Origin: Gemmatimonadales bacterium
Lineage (GTDB): Bacteria; Gemmatimonadota; Gemmatimonadetes; Gemmatimonadales; Gemmatimonadaceae
Direction of reading: 5' to 3'
NCBI GenBank assembly: GCA_038253755.1
Contig: JBBSGU010000002.1
Span: 42,257-106,256 of the forward strand
Length of the DNA stretch: 64,000 bases
Translations under genes and position numbers: made by a program
Shown here: positions 37,832 to 47,058 of the stretch, piece after piece
Layout: each line of letters starts with the position of its first letter
Position numbering within the stretch: position 1 is the stretch's first letter
Notes under the pieces: generated by a model
What the model was told of the DNA's origin: nothing
Databases searched by the model: none
What the model saw: the letters and a program-made list of their open reading frames with translations, nothing else

Positions 37832-40800
37832 TCGGTCCCAGCGAGAAGGTCCAGTTGGCTTTGCGTCCAGGAATATCGAGCGGTTTCGCGTAATCCCACT
37901 TGAGAATCGCGAGGTTAAACAGATTTACGCGTAGTCCGACTCCGTAGCTTCGAAGGGGATAGCGCTGCAGGGTGAAATCATAATTGCCCGGCTTCGTCAG
38001 CGAAACCGTCTGACCCTTGCTCCAGGCCAATCCTGCGTCGTAGAAAACGAGACCTTCGATAGGAGGAAGCCCCACTGGAAGGCTTCCGAGGTCGAATCGA
38101 CGAATGATCGGGAAGCGGATTTCGGCGTTCGCCACCGCAACGCGGCTGCCAACGAGTTGTTCCGTGGCGCATGAAGCGGTACCGCCGATAAACCCGGTGC
38201 ATTCGTATCCAGTGAAGTTCGCGTTATCGTAACCGCGTACGTATTCCGGGCGTCCGATGTACTTCGGGAACGCGAGCTCGTCACGTCCGACCGATGCGCT
38301 TCCAAGGAAACGCGTCGCGACGGTGATCGTGTTGAAGATGATCGGGTCGTAGCGTCGATAGTCGGCGAGGTATTCCACCCACCGCAGGTTGCCAACGGCC
38401 GGTGAAACGGAGAACCGCATTCTTCGCCCGATCACGGGCGCAGTCAAACCGAATAGTGTGTTGTCAGAGACAAACGACACAGACGGCTGCAAGTAGTTGT
38501 ACGCCGACGCATTTGCAACGTCATTGATCTGAGGAGCCGTGCATCCGTTGAAGAAGCAATCCTGCGACAACGAGACAACGGAGCGGCCGATGCTGTTGAA
38601 CTGCAGTCCGGTCTCGAACCGTGTGAAACGGTTCAGTGGATACTGCGTCGACAGGAAAGCGTTTCGCAAAACGTACCGAGTGTACAGCACGGATAGTGTC
38701 TGCGATCCGTCCTTGTTGTTTGTCACGTTCCCGCCGCTCTGCGGCAGAAACACGGGCTGCTGATACGCGCCCGCAGTGTACTGCCAACGATGGCTCAGGT
38801 TGGCGTAGGCGCCAAAGACACTTGCATCCCTAAGCTGACCGTACACGGACGCTGACAATGCAATCTGATTATTGCCGAGCAGATCGCTGAGTACGATAGT
38901 CGTACCGCCATTGAACCCACTCAACCCGTACTGGTTGCCGGTTGCGTAGCCGACTTCGGGCTGCGCGATGTAGTCCGGCTTGAACCCGACCGAATATTGG
39001 TAATCGCGGAAGCGAGTCGTATCGGGCAAGGCGAAATCGGGATTGGCATTGAGAAGCGCAACCGTGGTCGCCTGGACTTCGTTGTTCTGTGCTTCTCCCT
39101 CGGAGAGCACACCCGATGGACGCGTTCCGCCTGGCGCGCGGTAAATGGATGCCTGCGATGCGTCCACGCGTTTCGTGGTGTCGGTCAGCACTGACGGCGT
39201 CGCGGCCGACGAAGAGCTCATTGTCGAGGTCGGAATCGTCGGGACGTTCATCACGAGCCCGGTGTTAGCCGCAGGCGCGTACTTGAACGCGACAGTTTTC
39301 AGTTTACGTGGGTTATCCATCGCCCACACCGTGTAGTCGCCGTTCTCGTAATAAGTGAACGCCATCCGGTCGGCGCCACGCGCCCATGTGAGAGCGGGGC
39401 TGTACTCCGTAATCGCCTGAACGCCGCCCAGGACGTTAGTCAGCTGATAGTGCTGTTGATTGCTGAAATCGTACAGGAAGATGTTGGCGATTCCCGTGCG
39501 CTCGCTGATGAAAGCGAGCGTCTGACCGTTGGGCGCCCACTGCGGATTGAGATTCTGACCGGCCTGGTTGGGCAGAACCTGAATCGCCCTGGTGTCGAGA
39601 TCGAGAACCGCGATCCGCCATCTCGCAAACTTGAGACGAGAGAGATCAGTGTCGGGACCACGATCCGAAGCGAACGCGATTTTCTTTCCGTCAGGCGACC
39701 AGACGGGCTGAAGGTCGCCGTAAATATCGTTCGTCAGCCTCGTGAGATTCCTGCCATCAGCATCGACGACGTACAAATCGGTAATGCCGCCGCGTGTCCC
39801 GCTGAAGACGATCCTCTTGTCGTCCGGCGAGTACGATGGACCGGTCACCGCTTCGACGTCGAGGTCGAGCCGCTTCCTGACGCTCCGCGTCGAGATGTCC
39901 AGCAGATACAGCACATCCCGGCCTTCGCGCTGCGCGGTGAATGCCAGAGTCTTTCCATCGTTGGAGAATGCGCTTTGCGAATAGAGCAGCCGTAGCTCTT
40001 CGAAGTTCGGATCCAGGGTGCTCTTCACGAGGCGCTTTATGCGCTCGCCGGTAACCGCGTTGCCGAGCCACAGGTCGATGAACAACTCGCCTTTTTTCTG
40101 ATTGCCGTTCGACAGGAACGCGATGTACTTGCCATCGGGGGACAAAGTTGGCGCGAGAAAAATTTCACCGCCGGACAATTTCTTCGTCAACAGCGGCTGT
40201 GCGAAGGCGCGCGGACGCTGGAGAACCGATGCGGCCGGCAGGTACTGGGACTGCACGGCTTCGCGCCATGCCGAACCTATGTCGGTCAGGGACATGCCAA
40301 GCTCGCGCGAAAATGCGCGCTCGACGCCGACAGCTGGAGTGTTGCGGAGGATTTCGCCGATCGCCGCATCACCCCAACGCTCGCCGATGTACTGCCAAAG
40401 CGACTCGCCGTACCTGTACGGGAAATATTTGTCGGGGCGGTCGGTCATCTGCCCGACTGTCGGAATATTGCCGGCGACCGCTGCATCGCGCAGCCATCCC
40501 GCCGTCAGCGGGTGCGTGGGGCCAATCGACAGGTACTCGGCCATGCCTTCCATGAACCACAGCGGAGGATTGATGCGCTCGAGTGTCTGCTGGCTGGCAC
40601 CCGCACGTCCACGTGCAAAAATGTCGTACTGGAATTCGTGCACCATTTCGTGCGCGAGAACCTGCTCGAAGCTGCCAAGGTCGCCGGTGAGGGGCAGAAT
40701 AAGGCGATGCCTTGACGATTCGGTGACGCCGCCAACGCCCTCTCCGAGATCGCCAGTCACGTTGTTCTGCGCGAAATCAGCGCGGGATGCGAAGAGGATG

Positions 40801-41054
40801 ATCGGCTTTTTCTCGCGGAACTGGTGGCCAAGCACCTTCGACAGGCGGGCGTAAGATCGCTCGGCCATTCGGGCCGCAGCGGATACTGCCTGCTTCTCCT
40901 CGGGGTAGTAGTGGACGAGGAAATGTTCGGTCTCGAGCACCCGCCACGTGAAGTGCTTGTACTGTACCTGGTTCTGCCCGAAGTACTGCTGAGCATCGAG
41001 CCGGGATGTGCACATAAGTGCAGCCACGACAGCCAATACGCGAACCACTTTCAT
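37824..41054 (-). CDS. Omp85/BamA-family outer-membrane protein with N-terminal zinc-peptidase-like domain and TolB-like (PD40/WD40) repeats
   Basis: Signal peptide; HEMVHEF and PLWFMEGMAEY; repeated SPDG/WSPDG; VRGY lid motif; YGVGLRV and terminal aromatic GPSF. Confidence 0.85.
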   Translation of the reverse strand: MKVVRVLAVVAALMCTSRLDAQQYFGQNQVQYKHFTWRVLETEHFLVHYYPEEKQAVSAAARMAERSYARLSKVLGHQFREKKPIILFASRADFAQNNVTGDLGEGVGGVTESSRHRLILPLTGDLGSFEQVLAHEMVHEFQYDIFARGRAGASQQTLERINPPLWFMEGMAEYLSIGPTHPLTAGWLRDAAVAGNIPTVGQMTDRPDKYFPYRYGESLWQYIGERWGDAAIGEILRNTPAVGVERAFSRELGMSLTDIGSAWREAVQSQYLPAASVLQRPRAFAQPLLTKKLSGGEIFLAPTLSPDGKYIAFLSNGNQKKGELFIDLWLGNAVTGERIKRLVKSTLDPNFEELRLLYSQSAFSNDGKTLAFTAQREGRDVLYLLDISTRSVRKRLDLDVEAVTGPSYSPDDKRIVFSGTRGGITDLYVVDADGRNLTRLTNDIYGDLQPVWSPDGKKIAFASDRGPDTDLSRLKFARWRIAVLDLDTRAIQVLPNQAGQNLNPQWAPNGQTLAFISERTGIANIFLYDFSNQQHYQLTNVLGGVQAITEYSPALTWARGADRMAFTYYENGDYTVWAMDNPRKLKTVAFKYAPAANTGLVMNVPTIPTSTMSSSSAATPSVLTDTTKRVDASQASIYRAPGGTRPSGVLSEGEAQNNEVQATTVALLNANPDFALPDTTRFRDYQYSVGFKPDYIAQPEVGYATGNQYGLSGFNGGTTIVLSDLLGNNQIALSASVYGQLRDASVFGAYANLSHRWQYTAGAYQQPVFLPQSGGNVTNNKDGSQTLSVLYTRYVLRNAFLSTQYPLNRFTRFETGLQFNSIGRSVVSLSQDCFFNGCTAPQINDVANASAYNYLQPSVSFVSDNTLFGLTAPVIGRRMRFSVSPAVGNLRWVEYLADYRRYDPIIFNTITVATRFLGSASVGRDELAFPKYIGRPEYVRGYDNANFTGYECTGFIGGTASCATEQLVGSRVAVANAEIRFPIIRRFDLGSLPVGLPPIEGLVFYDAGLAWSKGQTVSLTKPGNYDFTLQRYPLRSYGVGLRVNLFNLAILKWDYAKPLDIPGRKANWTFSLGPSF

Positions 41055-41067
41055 TGTCCCGCTCCGT

Positions 41068-41436
41068 TTATACGGTTGGCACCACTTCCGCGTCGCTCCA
41101 AAGCCGCTCGATCTGATAAAACGATCTCAGAGTTGGATGGAAGATGTGCACGACAAAATCGACGAAGTCCAGCAACACCCATCTGCCCTGTTGAACACCC
41201 TCGACATGGTGAACCCTTACGCCCTGTTTCTTCATTTCGGCGATGATGTGCTCCCCAATCGATCGAACGTGGGTATCGGATGTTCCGCTGGCGATGACGA
41301 AATAGTCCGTCATGTCGGTGACGCCCTGCAGGTTCAGCAGTACGACGTCATTGGCTTTCATGTCCTGCGCCAGGTGAGCGGCGCGCAATGCCTCGGGTTC
41401 GCGTGCGGGTGCTACGGCTGAAACTGACGTTGCCAT
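41068..41436 (-). CDS. rsfS: Ribosome silencing factor (Iojap)
   Basis: KANDV, DYFVIASGTS, WVLLDFVDFVVHIF, FYQIERLW. Confidence 0.95.
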   Translation of the reverse strand: MATSVSAVAPAREPEALRAAHLAQDMKANDVVLLNLQGVTDMTDYFVIASGTSDTHVRSIGEHIIAEMKKQGVRVHHVEGVQQGRWVLLDFVDFVVHIFHPTLRSFYQIERLWSDAEVVPTV

Positions 41437-41590
41437 TCTACTCCGAGAAATCGTTTTCCGGGAAAAACCTGGCGGCTGGCGAACTATACGAGCGCGCACG
41501 GGCTTCTGTCATCGACAAAAGAGCATAAGTCGCGCCCGTAGAGCGGGTAACGCAGATACGGGCGGTTACTGCAGGTTCCTTTCCATGTCC

Positions 41591-42034
41591 TTATCCCTTG
41601 ATGACCCACACCTTGATCTCCGGGTGTACATCAGCGTGCAGCCGGATGGGAACGCGGTAGACGCCCAGTGCCTTGATCGGCTCCTTGAGGTCGATCTGGC
41701 GCTTCTCGATCTCGAAGCCCTGCTCGGCCATCTGCTGAGCGATGTCCGCGGAAGTCACAGAGCCGAACAGCTTACCCTCTTCGCCGACGCGCGCAGAGAA
41801 TGTCAGCGAGACCTGCTCGATCTTTCCGGCGTACTCCTGCGCTAATGCGCGACGCGATTCCTCAGCAGCGTCCAGACGCTGCTTTTCCTGCTCGATGCGC
41901 TTGCGGTTCCCGGCAGTCGCTTCGTAGGCAAAGCCACGCGGCAGCAGGAAGTTGCGAGCGTAACCCGGTGAAACCTTAACGATGTCGCCCGGATGACCGA
42001 GCTTTTCCACTGCCTGTCGAAGAATTACTTCCAT
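41591..42034 (-). CDS. rplI: 50S ribosomal protein L9
   Basis: MEVILRQAVEKLG, GYARNFLLP, GKLFGSVT, PIKALG. Confidence 0.97.
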   Translation of the reverse strand: MEVILRQAVEKLGHPGDIVKVSPGYARNFLLPRGFAYEATAGNRKRIEQEKQRLDAAEESRRALAQEYAGKIEQVSLTFSARVGEEGKLFGSVTSADIAQQMAEQGFEIEKRQIDLKEPIKALGVYRVPIRLHADVHPEIKVWVIKG

Positions 42035-42095
42035 GATGCAGTCCTGTTGAAGTGAGTCGCAGCGACCAGCCGCCGCGGAATAATTTAATTCGTCT

Positions 42096-43112
42096 CTACG
42101 TCGGCTCGGGCTCAGCGCGCGAGCGCCAGTCCAGCCAGGTATCGCCAAGTCCGATAACGAATGCCAATGCGGCCATGAGCGGCCACGCGATTACTGCCGC
42201 AACGATCAACATCGCCTTCAATGCGGCTCCGCGAGTCATCCAGGTAAGAACGCCCATGCCGCGCAGCACATAGAGAAAGCCAAAAAACACCAGAACGTTG
42301 AGCCCGGCGACCTTGCCGTCGGCGAAAGCCTTGAGCAGGAAAACCGACGCGCCAACCGCAACGCCCCATACGAGCTGGTCGTTGAACCGGAAATCTCTCA
42401 ACTTTCCGAGAGCGGGACCGATGGCGACTTCACTCATGCGATGGTACAAAGCCCAGCCGAGCACCAGTGCCGCGAGAGATTCAATCGCGAGCAACGCAGG
42501 CACCAGCATCGCGGAGTACTTCGGAATCTGCAGCAGTTGCGCCTCACTTTCTGCTGACAGCGTCTGAAATGCCCCCGAGTTGCCAAAAATTGCTTTCCAC
42601 TCCGGCTGGCTTGCAGCGTCGCGAAGCTTCGCATTCGACTCCACGACGCGGCGGTTGAGCTCCGCTCCCATGGTTGTCGAAACCTTTTCGAGACCGCCTC
42701 GCGACACCAGCACTATTCCAAACCCAAGCGCGATCGAGATAGCCAATGCGGAAAGCGCTCTCGAAAAAAACGGCTCATTGCCGATCACTACGCTGACGAG
42801 GCCGAAGCTCGCCGCTAGAAGCAGCGCCCATCCCCGTGACATCCACTCGTACGGTCCTGCCGGTATCCCGCCCGAGGTGAGCAGCAGTGCTGCGATGCCT
42901 GCCCAGATCAGCGCAAGTCCCAGCCGGCCGCCCCTCGTCCAACCAACTATCGCGCACACTGCAACTATCGCGACGAGCAGGAACCACGTCTGCTCGATCG
43001 GAATTGCAGCGCGGATGTTGGGGATGAGCGGTGCCCCGACGAATACTACAAGGCCAACGGCGAACCGCCGCCAGGGTCTCCGGCTCGTGACCGGGGCGGT
43101 GGTCGCAGACAT
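42096..43112 (-). CDS. DUF2232 (YybS-like) membrane protein
   Basis: Polytopic; C-terminal GLGDTWLDWR; position between rpsR and rplI is typical of this family. Confidence 0.75.
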   Translation of the reverse strand: MSATTAPVTSRRPWRRFAVGLVVFVGAPLIPNIRAAIPIEQTWFLLVAIVAVCAIVGWTRGGRLGLALIWAGIAALLLTSGGIPAGPYEWMSRGWALLLAASFGLVSVVIGNEPFFSRALSALAISIALGFGIVLVSRGGLEKVSTTMGAELNRRVVESNAKLRDAASQPEWKAIFGNSGAFQTLSAESEAQLLQIPKYSAMLVPALLAIESLAALVLGWALYHRMSEVAIGPALGKLRDFRFNDQLVWGVAVGASVFLLKAFADGKVAGLNVLVFFGFLYVLRGMGVLTWMTRGAALKAMLIVAAVIAWPLMAALAFVIGLGDTWLDWRSRAEPEPT

Positions 43113-43113
43113 G

Positions 43114-43335
43114 CTACGCGGTATGTCCCTTCAGGTACGGGATTATCGCGAGATAGCGGGCGCGCTTGATTGCGGTGGACAGCTGGCGCTGATGGCGCGC
43201 GCATGTTCCGCTCAGGCGGCTTGGGAGAATCTTTCCCTGATCCGTGATAAAACGGCCGAGGGTGCGATCGTCCTTGTAATCGATCCAGCGCACGCGTCCT
43301 TCGCAGAACGGGCAGCTCTTCTGTGGTCTTCTCAT
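43114..43335 (-). CDS. rpsR: 30S ribosomal protein S18
   Basis: CPFC, IDYKD, GKILPSR.SG.CARHQR, AIKRAR. Confidence 0.97.
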   Translation of the reverse strand: MRRPQKSCPFCEGRVRWIDYKDDRTLGRFITDQGKILPSRLSGTCARHQRQLSTAIKRARYLAIIPYLKGHTA

Positions 43336-43341
43336 TGTCGG

Positions 43342-43707
43342 CTAATCCTCGTCGTCGTCGTCATCGTCACGGCGCGCTGCCTGGGCGGCCATCTCTTCTT
43401 CGCTCATCGCCGGTGCGCCAACTTCGTGCTCGTATAGCGTGATGAGATAACGGATGACGCCATCATCGAGCTTGAGCGCGCGCTCGTACTCGGGGAGCAC
43501 AGTCGGGTCAGCCGCGAACTTCGAGACGACGTAGTAGCCGTTTTCTCTCGTTCCAATCTGGTAGGCGAGCTGACGGCGGCCCCAGTGATTTGTTTCGGGC
43601 TCTTCGCTCGTTCCAAGCAGCCCGTGAAAACGGGTCAGCTTTTCGTTTATGGCGGCGTCTTCGAGTGTAGAATCGAAAATATACACCGCCTCGTAGTTCC
43701 GAGACAT
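43342..43707 (-). CDS. rpsF: 30S ribosomal protein S6
   Basis: MSRNYEAVYI, WGRRQLAYQI, GYY, VIRYL; acidic tail; AAGGAGG RBS. Confidence 0.96.
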   Translation of the reverse strand: MSRNYEAVYIFDSTLEDAAINEKLTRFHGLLGTSEEPETNHWGRRQLAYQIGTRENGYYVVSKFAADPTVLPEYERALKLDDGVIRYLITLYEHEVGAPAMSEEEMAAQAARRDDDDDDED

Positions 43708-43716
43708 CGGTAGGCA

Positions 43717-43775
43717 TCCTCCTTGTGGTCTGAAAACCGCCCCCCGCTGGTTGCCGGAGTGGGGGGAAGGTGTGA
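43717..43775 (-). promoter_or_regulatory. Putative S6:S18 autoregulatory leader RNA
   Basis: Minus strand ACCUU-CCCCCC...GGGGGG-CGGUUUUCAGACCAC-AAGGAGG: a GC hairpin nested in a CCUU/AAGG helix that sequesters the RBS of rpsF. Confidence 0.6.
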
Positions 43776-43924
43776 AGGCCGTTGTTGCGGCCGTTTTTGG
43801 GAACACGAAAGATATCCGGCTCGCCCCATCGAGGCAACGGAACCTGCTCGAAAAGGATACTGCCACTGCACTCAGCGGGGCACTTTTTGCAGCTTGTAGA
43901 TCTGGACAATCATTGGAGATGCAC

Positions 43925-44416
43925 ATGCTCGAGATTCAACGGCGGTATAGAACATTGACTTTGATGGCTGCGATTGCGGTCAGCAGCGCCGCCTGCTCGG
44001 GTGGCGGGACAATTGGGGGACTCGACGTCGAGCAGAGCTATACGATCGTACTCAACTCAGCGAACGAGGTCCCCGCGCCCAAGGCCACTCTCGCAACCGG
44101 TACGGCAGACGTGGTGGTCTACGGCGAACGGATCGACTGGCAGCTTGCCGGTTCCAACATCAACGCGATAACGATGGCTCACATTCACAACGGCGCAGTT
44201 GGCGTCGCTGGTCCGGTTGTCGTGACGCTTTTCGCACCTGGAACTGCAACCGGCGCGATCAACGGAATTTTCGCATCCGGATCTTTTACCGCGGCAAACC
44301 TGCCGGCGGGAGTTACATTGGCGTCACTCAAAACGCTTTTGCTGAGCGGAAATGCGTACGTCAACGTTCACACGGTGGCAAACCCCGCCGGCGAGATGCG
44401 CGGTCAGCTGAAGTAG
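43925..44416 (+). CDS. CHRD domain lipoprotein
   Basis: Lipobox SSAAC; NEVP, AHIH.G..G..GPVV, AYVNVHT..NPAGEMRGQL. Confidence 0.9.
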   Translation: MLEIQRRYRTLTLMAAIAVSSAACSGGGTIGGLDVEQSYTIVLNSANEVPAPKATLATGTADVVVYGERIDWQLAGSNINAITMAHIHNGAVGVAGPVVVTLFAPGTATGAINGIFASGSFTAANLPAGVTLASLKTLLLSGNAYVNVHTVANPAGEMRGQLK

Positions 44417-44446
44417 CACAATCAAGAACACGAACCCGGAGTATTG

Positions 44447-45259
44447 ATGAAGTGGCGGTATATCATCGGAGTAATCGGAGTAGCTGCAACTGCCACCGTG
44501 CTTCATGCGCACGATTTCTTTTTTCGCACCGACAGCTACTTCGTCCAGCCGAACGCGACGATCAAGGTGCGAGCGCTCAATGGCACGTTCAGCAAGAGCG
44601 AGAACTCGATCACGCGCGACAGGCTGCGTGATCTCAGCGTCGTCGGGCCCTCGGGAAGAGAACACCCGGACACCACTATGTGGTCAACCTCGGGGGACAC
44701 GAGCGTTTTCACCGCGAAGCTCGGCGCGTCCGGCACATACGTTGTTGGCGCTTCACTGCGGCCGCGGGAAATCACGCTCAAGGCTGACGATTTCAACAAG
44801 TATCTAGCCGACGACGGCATCCCCGACGTGCTCGCTTCCCGCAAGGCGAACCAGCAGCTCGGCAAGGGTGCGACCGAGCGCTACTCCAAGCACATCAAGG
44901 CCGTGCTTCAGGCCGGCACGAGGCGTGACGGGTCGTTCGCGACGGTCCTAGGCTATCCGGCCGAAATCGTTCCGCTCGACAATCCGTATTCGGCGCGAGC
45001 GGGTGGATCGATCAAGGTGCGAACTCTCGTGGACGGAAAGCCTGTCGCGAATCAGCTCGTCGTATCAGGCGGACGGAATCCCGGAGGCGGGCGCTTCACC
45101 GAGCGGAGAGTCCGCACCGATACCTCGGGTGTTGCGCGGATCCAGCTTCCGTCGCGCGGGCAATGGTATGTGAAGTTCATTCACATGACGCCGTTCGTTG
45201 GCACGGAAAGAATCGACTACGAATCAAAATGGGCGACCCTCACTTTCGAGGTGAGGTAA
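44447..45259 (+). CDS. DUF4198 domain periplasmic protein (NikM/Co-Ni uptake-like)
   Basis: Signal peptide ending AHDFF; ERYSKHIKA; EIVPLDNPY; TD..G.A; YESKWATLTF. Confidence 0.82.
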   Translation: MKWRYIIGVIGVAATATVLHAHDFFFRTDSYFVQPNATIKVRALNGTFSKSENSITRDRLRDLSVVGPSGREHPDTTMWSTSGDTSVFTAKLGASGTYVVGASLRPREITLKADDFNKYLADDGIPDVLASRKANQQLGKGATERYSKHIKAVLQAGTRRDGSFATVLGYPAEIVPLDNPYSARAGGSIKVRTLVDGKPVANQLVVSGGRNPGGGRFTERRVRTDTSGVARIQLPSRGQWYVKFIHMTPFVGTERIDYESKWATLTFEVR

Positions 45260-45334
45260 GCCGAAGGCAACTGCGGACACTTAGAGCGAGCTACCGGCTT
45301 CGAGCTACTAACTGCGCTGACGGCTTCGGGCTTG
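45256..45334. repeat. Degenerate heptamer-like array between convergent genes
   Basis: GTAAGCC GAAGGC AACTGCGGA...GAGCTAC CGGCTTC GAGCTAC TAACTGC GCTGAC GGCTTCG GGCTTG; shares GCTGACGGCTT with the 20.2 kb array. Confidence 0.5.
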
Positions 45335-45340
45335 TATCCG

Positions 45341-46441
45341 CTAGACATTAAAGCGAAACAGGAGGACATCACCATCCGCGACGATGTACTCCTTACCTTC
45401 TGACCGAACGGCCCCTTTTTCCCGCGCTCCTTTCCATCCAGCGAGTGAAACGAAGTCATCGTAGGCCACTGTTTCGGCGCGGATGAATCCTTTCTCGAAA
45501 TCAGTGTGAATCACTGCCGCGGCTTTCGGAGCGGTGTCGCCGCGGTGAATGGTCCACGCGCGAACTTCCTGTTCGCCCGCGGTGAAGTACGTCTGCAAGC
45601 CGAGCAGGTGATAGCCCGCGTGAATCAACCGGTCCAGCCCGGCCGACTGGAGACCCAGTGACGACAGGAACTCATCGCGATCCTCCGCCGGAAGCTCCGC
45701 GAGCTCGGCCTCGATCTTGGCTGAGAAGGGAACTACTTCTGCCTGCTCACCACTTGACTTGACTGCATCGCGAAGGGCCTTGAGATGCGGGCCTTCGTCG
45801 CCGTGCAGCTCACTGTCGCTCACGTTCGCGGCGTATAGAACCGGCTTGCTCGTGAGAAGTGACAGCGGTGCGAGCGCGGCCATTTCGTCATCGGTGAGCT
45901 TCGCTTCCCACAATCCGCGGCCGTCCTTCAGAAACTCGTAAGCGCGCTCGAGCGCGGGCAGCTCCGCCAGTGCTTCCTTGTCTCCGGTGCGCGAAGCGCG
46001 GCGCATCTTGTCGAGTCGTTTTTCTACTCCACCGAGATCCGAAAGAGCGAGCTCGAACTCGATCACTTCTCGATCACGCGCTGGATCGACCGCGCCCATC
46101 ACGTGCGTCACGTCTTCGTCTTCGAAGCACCGAACGACATGCACGATTGCATCGGTCTCACGAATGTTCGCGAGGAATTTGTTGCCGAGGCCTTCGCCTT
46201 CGGCCGCGCCTTTTACCAGACCGGCGATATCGACGAACTGCACCACGGCAGGGACGGTCTTTTTCGGTTGCACTATTTCCGCGAGCTTGCCAAGGCGCTT
46301 GTCGGGGACTTCAACCATTCCAACATTAGGCTCTACCGTGCAGAACGGATAATTCGCCGCTTCCGCCTTGGCTGAGGTGAGCGCATTGAACAGCGTTGAC
46401 TTGCCGACGTTTGGTAATCCAACAATTCCGAGCTTCAGCAT
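45341..46441 (-). CDS. ychF: Redox-regulated ATPase YchF
   Basis: GIVGLPNVGKSTLFNALT, ANYPFCT, DIAGLV, GLGNKFL, IHTDFEKGFIRAE. Confidence 0.97.
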   Translation of the reverse strand: MLKLGIVGLPNVGKSTLFNALTSAKAEAANYPFCTVEPNVGMVEVPDKRLGKLAEIVQPKKTVPAVVQFVDIAGLVKGAAEGEGLGNKFLANIRETDAIVHVVRCFEDEDVTHVMGAVDPARDREVIEFELALSDLGGVEKRLDKMRRASRTGDKEALAELPALERAYEFLKDGRGLWEAKLTDDEMAALAPLSLLTSKPVLYAANVSDSELHGDEGPHLKALRDAVKSSGEQAEVVPFSAKIEAELAELPAEDRDEFLSSLGLQSAGLDRLIHAGYHLLGLQTYFTAGEQEVRAWTIHRGDTAPKAAAVIHTDFEKGFIRAETVAYDDFVSLAGWKGAREKGAVRSEGKEYIVADGDVLLFRFNV

Positions 46442-46444
46442 CTT

Positions 46445-47044
46445 CTATTGATTTATCGCGCCGTCGCCGTCGCGGTTGTGTGCATTCATTGCGCGGTCGA
46501 TTCCTTCGCGCAGCCAGCTTTCCACGGCGGCATTCAGCCGGGGCATGAGACTGATGATATCTTCGCGCTCATCTCGAGCGAACGGCGCGAGCACGAAATC
46601 AGCGAGATCCTCGTACACGTTCTTTCTTTCGTCGCTCGGCCCAACTCCGATGCGAAGGCGCGCGTATTCCTGATTTCCAAGCGCCGCCTCGACGCTCCGA
46701 AGACCGTTGTGTCCGCCCGCGCTTCCGCGCGCGCGGAGGCGAAGCTTGCCAACCGGCATCTGAACTTCGTCCACGATCACCAGCAGATCCTTTTGCGCGG
46801 CCCAGAACGGACGCCGTACATAGTTCTTGAGGACGTTGCCGCTGAGGTTCATGTAGGTGAGCGGCTTGATCATCCGCACCCTGGTCCCAGCAACAGTCGC
46901 GTTCGAGACCATCGCTTCGCCATCGCGCTTCCAGCCGTCGAAATGCCAAACGTCGGCGAGGTGGTCCAGGACCCACCAGCCGACGTTGTGCCTTGTTGCC
47001 TCGTACTGACGCCCCGGATTGCCGAGGCCGAGAATAACCTTCAC
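46445..47044 (-). CDS. pth: Peptidyl-tRNA hydrolase
   Basis: GLGNPG, TRHNVG, KPLTYMNLSG, GSAGGHNGL, RLRIGVG. Confidence 0.97.
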   Translation of the reverse strand: MKVILGLGNPGRQYEATRHNVGWWVLDHLADVWHFDGWKRDGEAMVSNATVAGTRVRMIKPLTYMNLSGNVLKNYVRRPFWAAQKDLLVIVDEVQMPVGKLRLRARGSAGGHNGLRSVEAALGNQEYARLRIGVGPSDERKNVYEDLADFVLAPFARDEREDIISLMPRLNAAVESWLREGIDRAMNAHNRDGDGAINQ

Positions 47045-47058
47045 AGGCTAATGCGGGC

